Assembly (NCBI GenBank): GCA_963676795.2
Contig: CAXXTB010000001.1
Location: forward strand, 800,001-864,000
Source of the DNA: Geopsychrobacteraceae bacterium
GTDB lineage: Bacteria > Desulfobacterota > Desulfuromonadia > Desulfuromonadales > Geopsychrobacteraceae
DNA: 64,000 nt
Reading direction: 5' to 3'
Positions 56,083 to 64,000 of the stretch are shown piece after piece (the stretch's first letter is position 1; every line of letters starts with the position of its first letter). The notes beneath the pieces are model-generated. The model saw nothing but the letters and a program-made list of their open reading frames with translations, made no database searches and had not been told where the DNA came from. A program made the position numbers and the translations under genes.

Positions 56083-58224
56083 ATGGGGAATGTTCATTCA
56101 CTGAGATCTGCCTATCACAATGCCTGCGGGGCTGATTGCGATCAGCATCAGGGCTCTTCTTTTCTCATTCGGAGAAAAGTTTCGAATCATTCAACTACCT
56201 ATGTCAGCAAGAGCGTCAAGATCGTTCTCGGTTATGATCAGCAGGATTTTGCCCGCAACCCGGCCCTCTGGCTGAATATCCTGCACCCTGAGGATAAGCC
56301 GGTCGTTATGGCCAATCTCTTTAGCTTCAAGGGGGAGGGGCGGCTGGTTCTGTCCTACCGGGTCATGGATAATCGCGGCAAGTATCGCTGGATCCGGGAT
56401 GACCTGATGATTGCACCTGCGGCGTCGGGTGGTGAGCTGGTCGGATGCTGTATCGACGTGACCGAACTGAAAATTCAGGAAAAAAAATTCAGGCGAGCCC
56501 GGGCCCACTACAGTTATGCTCAGCAGATTGCGCGGCTGGGGAGCTGGCATTTCGACATCCATACCCGGCGTCTGCAGTGTTCCGACGAAGTCTTCAACAT
56601 CTGCGCTCTCAGTAATCGCTCCTTTCCCAAATTTTCCCACTTCTATCGTCAGATTCATGCCGATGATCGCCTCAAAGTCAGGAATACCTTCAAGGAAATC
56701 TTTAAGCTCAAGATCGATCAGGAGGTGGAGTACCGGATTCTCCTGGAGGACGGATCGGTGCGTTACCTGCTGCTGCGTACCGGGGTCGAGAAGAATTTTC
56801 TCGATATTATCACCGAAATAACCGGTGTTATCATCGATATCACCGAACGAAAATTATCCGAACTGCAGCTCCTCGAACAGAAGTCCGAGCTGGCCTATAT
56901 GGCCTATCATGACGCCCTGACCGGCCTGCCGAACCGCAGCCTGTTTGAGGAGATCCTCGACCGGGCCATTACCAAGGCTGCCGAGAAACACAATATCCTC
57001 GGCGTCATGCAGATCGATATCGACAAGTTCAAGAAGATCAACGATACCTACGGACATCATGCCGGTGATGATTTTATCAAGGAGTTTGCCCAGCGGATTC
57101 GCAAGACCTTGCGCCGGACCGACACCGTCTCGCGGCTGGCTGGCGATGAGTTTGCCCTGGTTATTGAAAGCCCGACCTCCCTGGAGGATCTCTCTTTTAT
57201 CGCCCATCAGATTCTCGGAGCCTTCAAGGAGCCCTTTGCGGTCGGCAATCACCAATACCTGACTCCCAGTATCGGAATCAGTGTCTATCCGAACGATGCG
57301 ACCGATGCGGACGGGCTTCTGCGCCTGGCCGATGTGGCCATGTACGCAGCGAAGAAGGAGCGCAACAGTTACAAGTTTTATCTGCCGGAGATGAATGCCA
57401 GGGCCGTGGAACTGCTCAACCTGGAAAATGACCTGCGCCAGGCGATTAAGAAGGAAGAGCTGCAGTTGCACTATCAGCCGCAGGTCGATATGGCCAGCGG
57501 CCAGCTGATCGGGCTGGAGGCGATGGTGCGCTGGCAGCATCCGACCCGGGGACTGCTGCAGGCCGAGGAATTTGTTCCCCTTGCCGAAGAGTCGGGACTG
57601 ATCCTGACGATCGGTGCATGGATCCTGCGCCGGGCCTGCAACCAGTTGCGGACTCTGGGGCTGAAGCCTGGTGACCGGTTTCGTATGTGCGTCAATATTT
57701 CGATGCAGCAGTTCCGGCAGCTCGATTTTACCGATCAGGTGGTGACCATCCTCAGGGAGACCGGTGTCGATCCGAGGCTGATCGAGCTGGAGATCACTGA
57801 GAGCATCGCCATGGAAAACGCTGAGGAGACGGTCAATCAGTTGATCCGTCTGCGCGAGTTGGGCTTTCGGATTGCCATCGACGATTTTGGTACCGGTTAC
57901 TCATCCCTGAATTGTCTCAAGCATCTGCCGATCAACACCCTGAAGATCGACAAGGAGTTTGTCGCCGATATTCTCACCGATCAGTATGATTTCGTCATCA
58001 TCGAGGCGATCCTGTCGCTGGCCAGGACCCTGGATATCGATGTCGTCGCCGAAGGGATCGAAAAGGAAGAGCAGAAGCTGCTGCTCAGCCGCCTCGGTTG
58101 CCGTCTGGGGCAGGGCTATCTGTTCAGCGAGCCCAGAATCTGTGAGGAAGCGGTCGCTCCCTATGTCAGTGCCGGCCTGGCGCCCTGGAGTGCCGGTGTC
58201 GCACCCCAAGGCGTCAGACCTTGA
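56083..58224 (+). CDS. PAS-PAS-GGDEF-EAL c-di-GMP metabolism protein
   Basis: HPED and HADD PAS motifs, HDALTGLPNR, RRTD..RLAGDEF, EAMVRW, DDFGTGYSS. Confidence 0.92.
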   Translation: MGNVHSLRSAYHNACGADCDQHQGSSFLIRRKVSNHSTTYVSKSVKIVLGYDQQDFARNPALWLNILHPEDKPVVMANLFSFKGEGRLVLSYRVMDNRGKYRWIRDDLMIAPAASGGELVGCCIDVTELKIQEKKFRRARAHYSYAQQIARLGSWHFDIHTRRLQCSDEVFNICALSNRSFPKFSHFYRQIHADDRLKVRNTFKEIFKLKIDQEVEYRILLEDGSVRYLLLRTGVEKNFLDIITEITGVIIDITERKLSELQLLEQKSELAYMAYHDALTGLPNRSLFEEILDRAITKAAEKHNILGVMQIDIDKFKKINDTYGHHAGDDFIKEFAQRIRKTLRRTDTVSRLAGDEFALVIESPTSLEDLSFIAHQILGAFKEPFAVGNHQYLTPSIGISVYPNDATDADGLLRLADVAMYAAKKERNSYKFYLPEMNARAVELLNLENDLRQAIKKEELQLHYQPQVDMASGQLIGLEAMVRWQHPTRGLLQAEEFVPLAEESGLILTIGAWILRRACNQLRTLGLKPGDRFRMCVNISMQQFRQLDFTDQVVTILRETGVDPRLIELEITESIAMENAEETVNQLIRLRELGFRIAIDDFGTGYSSLNCLKHLPINTLKIDKEFVADILTDQYDFVIIEAILSLARTLDIDVVAEGIEKEEQKLLLSRLGCRLGQGYLFSEPRICEEAVAPYVSAGLAPWSAGVAPQGVRP

Positions 58225-58233
58225 GTAGACCGA

Positions 58234-58593
58234 TCAATTGAAAAACCAGCCTGTCGGATTGGGATGTTCCCGCTGTTGATCAAGCAGTCTTAAGCCTTTG
58301 ATGCAGCGGACCAGCAGCCAGATGATCCAGAACAGCATGATCAGGTACCCGACCAGAATGAACGACAGGATGATGCCAACGACCAGGTAGAGCAGGCCGA
58401 TCCAGAAGGTTCTTATCTGGAAGCGGTAATGGCTCTGCAGCCAGTGCGGGGCGTCGCCTTGGTAAACATAGCTGATCACGACCCCGACAATGCCGGTGAT
58501 GCCGAAGACGATGCCGACGATATAAAGAATGTAGACCAGTTTCGCCATTTTGGTGGACGTGGTCACTGGCGTGAAGTCCTGATAGCTATCCAT
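58234..58593 (-). CDS. Small membrane protein (DUF4870-like)
   Basis: WLQSHYRFQIRTFW, RCIKG; three hydrophobic segments. Confidence 0.8.
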   Translation of the reverse strand: MDSYQDFTPVTTSTKMAKLVYILYIVGIVFGITGIVGVVISYVYQGDAPHWLQSHYRFQIRTFWIGLLYLVVGIILSFILVGYLIMLFWIIWLLVRCIKGLRLLDQQREHPNPTGWFFN

Positions 58594-58961
58594 TTATCTT
58601 CCCCTTAAAAAGAGTTCAATTGCCGAGTGCTGAGCTAACCTTGATGGCCAGACCTCTGAGGCCAGAAGGTCTCTGTCCGAACCGCACATTGTCATTGCTG
58701 ATCCCGTGACGTGCATTCATATCCAGTGTTCGATAACCGATTTCCCAGAAATTATAAACCTTTGGCGCTCAGCTGGCCAGATTATAGCGGCGGTGAAATA
58801 TATGTTTTGCCCGGACGATGCTCATATCTGCTTAATGCGGGAATTGTACTGATAGTTCCAGGTTGTCAAGAAGGGAAGAAATAATCGGGCGGATCAGGGG
58901 GGCTTTATGTATAATATTCGCTGGTTAAAATGACGTTTTCATTGTGTCGAAAGGGCATGCA

Positions 58962-59333
58962 ATGTCGAACCGTAAAACAGGATTGTCACGTCTGGTTGCC
59001 GCCTTTGGTTATTCGGTCAAGGGGCTTGTCGCCGCTTTCAGACATGAGGCTGCATTTCGGCAGGAAGTTCTGCTGCTGATTGTTGGCGTCATCCTGGCCT
59101 GCCTGTTGCCGGTCAGCAGCGTTGAACGGATCCTGCTGATCGGTTCGGTGGTGCTGGTGATGATTGTCGAGCTGATCAATTCCGCCGTCGAAGCTGTTGT
59201 TGACCGGATCGGCGAGGAACATCACGAGTTGGCCGGCCGGGCCAAGGATATGGGCTCCGCCGCTGTCTTTGTAACGCTGGTGCTGAGCGCCTTTGTCTGG
59301 ATTATGATTCTTGTGGCCAACTGGTCTCGCTAA
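58962..59333 (+). CDS. dgkA: Diacylglycerol kinase
   Basis: HEAAFRQE, ELINSAVEAVVD, AKDMGSAAV. Confidence 0.93.
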   Translation: MSNRKTGLSRLVAAFGYSVKGLVAAFRHEAAFRQEVLLLIVGVILACLLPVSSVERILLIGSVVLVMIVELINSAVEAVVDRIGEEHHELAGRAKDMGSAAVFVTLVLSAFVWIMILVANWSR

Positions 59334-59386
59334 AAGGCAGATTGTTTGAACTGGCCTTGAGTTTTTGCTGATAAGGAGTGTGTGCT

Positions 59387-59761
59387 ATGGCAGGTGGTGA
59401 CGGGGCGGGCTCTTCCGTTAGGGGAAAAAATCATCTCTACATCCTCTGGACCAACGATAACAAGCTGACTGCGGAGAAGATGGTTTTTATGTACGCAGTC
59501 AATTCCCGTCTGCGCAACTGGTGGGAGCAGGTGACGATCATCATCTGGGGTGCGACGGCGCAACTGGTCGCTGACGATGTTGAGATTCAGGACCTGGCCG
59601 CAGGGGCTCTGTCCGCCGGTGTTCAGCTGTCGGCCTGCAAGGCCTGTTGCGATCAACTGGGGATAACGGAAAAAATCGAAGGGCTCGGAATCGAGGTCAT
59701 TCTATGGGGACAGCCCCTGACCGAAATCCTTAAATCGGGGGAAACCCTGATCAGTATCTGA
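59387..59761 (+). CDS. DsrE/DsrF-like family protein
   Basis: LYILWT, MVFMYA, IIIWGA, ACKACC. Confidence 0.75.
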   Translation: MAGGDGAGSSVRGKNHLYILWTNDNKLTAEKMVFMYAVNSRLRNWWEQVTIIIWGATAQLVADDVEIQDLAAGALSAGVQLSACKACCDQLGITEKIEGLGIEVILWGQPLTEILKSGETLISI

Positions 59762-59903
59762 CCATTACGGAATGGGCTGTCCGGCTGTCATCGATTGAGC
59801 GGCCACTTTACAAATTTCCGCCGCTGTCAATTGAGTACGCCGGACAGGGCGCAGGCGTATGTCTCTTTTCAGCACTGGTTCTTTTCTGCAAGAGCTTTTC
59901 TTA

Positions 59904-60437
59904 TCAGACATTGATGCTTTCAGCAGCGCTGATGTTGTCTCCAACGATGACATGGAGAAATCTGAGCGCAAAACGCAGGGTGATCGCCAGTGTGCCCAGA
60001 GGCATGGAGAATTTTCCGACCCACCAGGGCAGCTTGATCGCCGCCATCATGAATTCCAGTATTCTGAAGGATTCCCAGAAATGGAGGGCTCCGAACCAGG
60101 TCAGCAGTCCGAAGAAGGCGAAGCCGATGATGCAGTCAAGTCCTTCAGCGCTGTTTTTTAAGGGTTTGGGAAAACGGTCATAGAGGATATTGACGCGGAC
60201 ATGTCCGCCGGTATGCAGGGTATAGGCCATCGCCAGGAAAACGATATAAGGCAGAATCAATTCAGTTGCCTCAACCCCGCCGGGAATCGGAGCGTTGAAG
60301 AGATTTCTCATGGCGACATCAACGACCACCAGCAGCGTCAGGCCGATGGTGGCGATTCCGCAGATGATGACAAAAAACATTTCGATTTTTGCGAAGATAT
60401 CATCGACTTTCTGTAATTTTTTCGAGAATGTTCCCAT
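59904..60437 (-). CDS. dctQ: TRAP small permease (DctQ)
   Basis: DVAMRNLFNAPIPG..E, HVRV; 4 TM. Confidence 0.88.
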   Translation of the reverse strand: MGTFSKKLQKVDDIFAKIEMFFVIICGIATIGLTLLVVVDVAMRNLFNAPIPGGVEATELILPYIVFLAMAYTLHTGGHVRVNILYDRFPKPLKNSAEGLDCIIGFAFFGLLTWFGALHFWESFRILEFMMAAIKLPWWVGKFSMPLGTLAITLRFALRFLHVIVGDNISAAESINV

Positions 60438-60523
60438 AGCTGTTCCTGTCAATTTGGATAAATTCTGAGTTTGGAGGGGAAGCATTGTCGCAGCGCTCCC
60501 CCTCCAGGGTGCTTCAGAAAAAG

Positions 60524-61600
60524 TTATTGCTTAACAGCCCATTCACGTGGCCATTCATGACCCAGTTCGGCAGTGATTTCCTGCCAGCGGGCGGCAATTT
60601 CCCAGCCCGGCAAACCGGCATCGGCCGCTTCTTTGGCCCAGACCGCCGGAGTGTCAGGAATGATCTTGGCCCATTTGGCGATTTCGCTCTTCGGAAAATC
60701 AAGCGCTTTGAGTCCTTTCTCCTGCATCTGTTTCATGACGATGTCGTGACGTTCCTTCAGGTAGTTCGCAACATAGAGCTCAGATTCCTTGCCAACCTCC
60801 AGAAGAATCTGCTGAATGTCTTCAGGCAGTTTGTTGAAGGAGTCGAGGTTCATCATGACATCTTCAGGAACAAAGGAGCCGAAGGGGATCTGAACGATGT
60901 AGTCCGCCTGCTCGTCGAGTGAAAAAGCGGCCTGCAGATCGAGCCACAGCAGGTCGGCATCAATAGTGCCGCTTTGCAGACCGACATAGCGTTCACCGGC
61001 CGGCATAACCACAGGGGCAACCCCGACAGGCTCCAGCCACTTGCCGAACCAGCGACCGACCAGGCCAATCTTCATCCCATTGAGATCCTCAATTTTTTCG
61101 ATCGGTTTCTTGGCGAGGAGCTGATAGTAAGGTGCCGTGTGGTTGGCGAGCATAATGGTGTTGAATTTTTTATATTCTTCCCTTTTCTCCGGAAACTCTT
61201 CATAGATCTGGCGTTTGGCCTTGGTGACCATGACAGGGTCGGTCGGGTTGAAGGGGAAGCTGTACTCAAAGTGACTGATGACAAATTTCCCTGGGAAGTA
61301 GAGGGTGCAGGTTTTTTCGATGTCGACCGCACCTCTCTGGATCAGTTCGAGTTGCCCTTTGGGTGGTGCCAGTGAGCTGGACCAGAAGGTCGTAAATTTG
61401 ACCCGTCCGTCGGTGCGCTTGGTGACCTCATCCATGAACCACTGCATACCGACCCCGGCTGCTGCTGGTGGTGGCGGCGCGTAGGAGTGCATTTTTAAAT
61501 TGTAAGTTTTTTCTTTTGCCGCTGCAGTTGAGGCAACGAGTAAAACCGATGCCATAAGAGCGAGACAAAGCACGAGACCTGAGCAAAGTTTTCTTTTCAT
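60524..61600 (-). CDS. dctP: TRAP substrate-binding protein (DctP)
   Basis: Signal peptide, RTDGRVKF, DLNGMKI, GLQSGTID, FNKLPEDIQ. Confidence 0.88.
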   Translation of the reverse strand: MKRKLCSGLVLCLALMASVLLVASTAAAKEKTYNLKMHSYAPPPPAAAGVGMQWFMDEVTKRTDGRVKFTTFWSSSLAPPKGQLELIQRGAVDIEKTCTLYFPGKFVISHFEYSFPFNPTDPVMVTKAKRQIYEEFPEKREEYKKFNTIMLANHTAPYYQLLAKKPIEKIEDLNGMKIGLVGRWFGKWLEPVGVAPVVMPAGERYVGLQSGTIDADLLWLDLQAAFSLDEQADYIVQIPFGSFVPEDVMMNLDSFNKLPEDIQQILLEVGKESELYVANYLKERHDIVMKQMQEKGLKALDFPKSEIAKWAKIIPDTPAVWAKEAADAGLPGWEIAARWQEITAELGHEWPREWAVKQ

Positions 61601-61668
61601 CTGTCTTCTCCTTACGCAAAGAACCAATAGCTATCCAGGATACTTACGGGAGTCTCCCGGCCCAATCA

Positions 61669-62988
61669 TCAACCCATCATAACGCTTGGGAAGAATAAAC
61701 TTATTTTCGGAAATGCAATGATGACAATGAGGGACAGGATCATGAGGAAAAAGAACGGGAATGATCCTTTGAAGATATCCTCCAGGCTGACATCCGGTTC
61801 GGCGGCTCCGTGAGCACCGTAGACGTTGAGTCCGACTGGGGGCGTAATCAATCCGCATTCGATGGCCATGACCGTGACCATGGCAAAATAGATCGGATTG
61901 ATGCCCATGTCTTTGATGATCGGGGTGAGGATCGGCAGGGTGATGCTGAGCATGGAGATTGAGTCCATGAAGCAACCCATGCCGAGAAAAATCAGGGCCA
62001 TCAGGCAGACAAAGGTGATATTGGAAAAGCCGGCCGTGGTGACCAGGTCGAGGACTTTCGGTGTGATACCGGAAAACATCAGGAATCTGGCGAACAGCCC
62101 GGCACCGAAGAGGATGAAGAAAACCATGGCGTTGATGACCACAGTTTCCAGCAGGCAGCTTTTGATGGTGACCCAGCGCTGTCCCTTTTCGGTAAAGATA
62201 AGGGTCAGGATCAACAGGACCGCTGCGCCGAAGGCCGCGGCTTCGGTCGGGCTGAAGATACCGCCGAGTATGCCACCGACAACGACCAGAAAGACCAACA
62301 GGATCGGCCAGATTTTCAGCAGCGAGGTAAAACGGACTTTCCAGCTGACTTTGGTTTTCTGCTCACTGCCGAACCACTGGGGGCGGATATAGGTCAGAAA
62401 GATAATGCCGAGGCTGAAGACGACGGTCAGGGTCAGGCCGGGGGCCAGGCCGGCGACCAACAGCTTACCGACCGATTCCTGAGAGATAATGCCGTAGATG
62501 ACCAGCAGAATACTTGGTGGGATCAGCATGCCGATCGAACCGCCGGCAGAGACGATCCCGTAGGCGATCTTTTTATCATAGCCCTGGCGGCGCATCTCCG
62601 GAGCGGAGATACGTGAAAAAACGGCAGCTGTGACCAGCGATGAACCGGTACAGACGCCGAAGGCGGTACAGCTGAGGATGGTTGAGATGCCGAGGCCGCC
62701 TCTAAGATTACCGACCCATTTGTGCAGAACGTCGTAGATGTCTCGACTCAAGCCGCCGACTCCGGCGAGGAGTCCCATGAAGATGAACAGAGGTAAAACG
62801 ATAAAGGCCTGAGCAGCGACGATGTTGTAGACGATCGAAGTCGACTGCCACATGGCGGCATTGAAGCCGAGCATGGCAATGCAGCCAAACATGCCGATCG
62901 CTCCCAGGGCCAGAGCGATGTGTACTCCTAAAATCAAAAAGATCAGAAGAAAGACGATGCCCAATATTCCAATAAGAAAAGGATCCAT
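61669..62988 (-). CDS. dctM: TRAP large permease (DctM)
   Basis: LPLFIFMG, GSSL, LIPPSI, SPTEAA, TPPVGLN. Confidence 0.92.
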   Translation of the reverse strand: MDPFLIGILGIVFLLIFLILGVHIALALGAIGMFGCIAMLGFNAAMWQSTSIVYNIVAAQAFIVLPLFIFMGLLAGVGGLSRDIYDVLHKWVGNLRGGLGISTILSCTAFGVCTGSSLVTAAVFSRISAPEMRRQGYDKKIAYGIVSAGGSIGMLIPPSILLVIYGIISQESVGKLLVAGLAPGLTLTVVFSLGIIFLTYIRPQWFGSEQKTKVSWKVRFTSLLKIWPILLVFLVVVGGILGGIFSPTEAAAFGAAVLLILTLIFTEKGQRWVTIKSCLLETVVINAMVFFILFGAGLFARFLMFSGITPKVLDLVTTAGFSNITFVCLMALIFLGMGCFMDSISMLSITLPILTPIIKDMGINPIYFAMVTVMAIECGLITPPVGLNVYGAHGAAEPDVSLEDIFKGSFPFFFLMILSLIVIIAFPKISLFFPSVMMG

Positions 62989-63267
62989 ACACACCTCGAT
63001 AAAATGGCAGTTGTTGACGGCTGTAAACAATAAACTGATTTGCAGCGGCAAACCGGGAAGCTTGGTCTGCTCGCAGTGTTTCTCCTCTTTCTTGATATAT
63101 AGATGGCGTTTTTGTTCAGAGAGGACGCGAGGCCGTTACTTACTTAGCGCTCGAAAACATCAAACAGAACGAAAACCGGAGCCATCTGGACCACGACAGT
63201 CTTGCTGTTAAATTGAAAATGAATTTGTCAATGGATCATTGAGGACTGTGGCAGTTCTATGTCAATA

Positions 63268-63294
63268 CATAACTGTCCGGTGAGGACAGTTATG
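63268..63294. promoter_or_regulatory. Inverted repeat CATAACTGTCC-N5-GGACAGTTATG upstream of the TRAP operon
   Basis: Perfect 11-bp arms in an AT-rich intergenic region. Confidence 0.5.
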
Positions 63295-63612
63295 GTATTC
63301 GCTTACCAATTTAGGTAGTTGGTATGGTTAGCATTCTAACTAATATAGAGAGAGTATCTCATATGTGAAAATTGTCAACATTTGATACTAAAAAAATCAG
63401 TTGATGCCGGACCATTCTGGTACATCCATCAGGATCAGAAAAAAGGGCGGGCTTCGGGGTAATTCTATAGACAATGACAGAGGGGCTAGAAGCGACTTTT
63501 TCTGTTGCTCTGTAAGTTGAGTGCAGGAGATGTTAGCTCTTGCCCGTTGATGGCTACCTGAACGATGGCCATCAACAGGCCTGTTCAGGTACCTGATGTC
63601 ATCAGAATAATG

Positions 63613-64000
63613 CTAAAGCTCGAAACTCTGTCCCGGTTCCGGGATCGCGATATTTTTCAGTTTGAACTCTTCACGCAGGCCTTGGGCAAGACTGGCTGCC
63701 GCGTCTTCTTCGCCGTGAACGATGAAGGTCTGCTGCGGCTTGTTCTGCATCGCTGCGACAAAGCCAAGCAGCCCCTCGCGATCGGCGTGGCCGGAAAATC
63801 CGGTCAGGACCTCGACGCGGGCTTTCAGTTTGAATTCCTCACCGAAGATTTTCACGCTCTCCTCCTTGTCGACCAGCTTACGCCCCAGGGTGTTGGGCGC
63901 CTGCCAGCCGGAAATCAGGATGGTATTGCGTGGGTCCTCGATCCGGTTGCGCAGATGATGGAGGATGCGTCCCCCTTCGAGCATACCGCTGGAGCTGATG
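63613..64000 (-). CDS. MBL-fold beta-CASP hydrolase (RNA-processing type), C-terminal part
   Basis: GGRILHHL, GWQAPNTLG, FSGHAD, IVHGE; open to the window end. Confidence 0.88.
   Translation of the reverse strand, partial: ISSSGMLEGGRILHHLRNRIEDPRNTILISGWQAPNTLGRKLVDKEESVKIFGEEFKLKARVEVLTGFSGHADREGLLGFVAAMQNKPQQTFIVHGEEDAAASLAQGLREEFKLKNIAIPEPGQSFEL

Noticed and set aside
56083..58224. Catalytically dead GGDEF-EAL because of AGDEF and EAM
   Set aside because: The key acidic residues and DDFGTGYSS are intact; such variants can be active

Overview
A 64-kb bacterial chromosomal window. Gene content (gatCAB-mtnA-glnE, REC-J-domain-TPR protein, sigma54-type glnK-amt, two TRAP systems) points to an anaerobic Desulfuromonadales-like deltaproteobacterium (inference). 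Left to right: (1) an aromatic-acid-type island (partial IclR-like gene, two near-identical double-HTH TetR paralogues flanking a TRAP transporter and a LigW/ACMSD-type amidohydrolase, a degenerate shikimate dehydrogenase, an MFS); (2) a ClC/RuvC-like/lhgO/esterase run, an orphan AbiEi-like gene and an orphan PhnG-like gene; (3) a LytS/LytTR system before a Na+-pumping biotin-dependent decarboxylase operon; (4) a core block (ClC, uvrD/pcrA, REC-MalT-SARP regulator, Mrp, gatCAB, mtnA, glnE, ttcA, SLT); (5) a two-gene unit of a 197-aa precursor-like protein and an EpeE/YydG-like radical SAM enzyme, the best candidate here for an undescribed RiPP or protein-modification system; (6) an RND efflux operon, glnK-amt, a GGDEF-EAL gene, dgkA, a DsrE-like gene, a second TRAP and a partial beta-CASP hydrolase. 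I saw no tRNA, rRNA, CRISPR array or transposase. All family calls come from motif recognition by eye; no searches were run.
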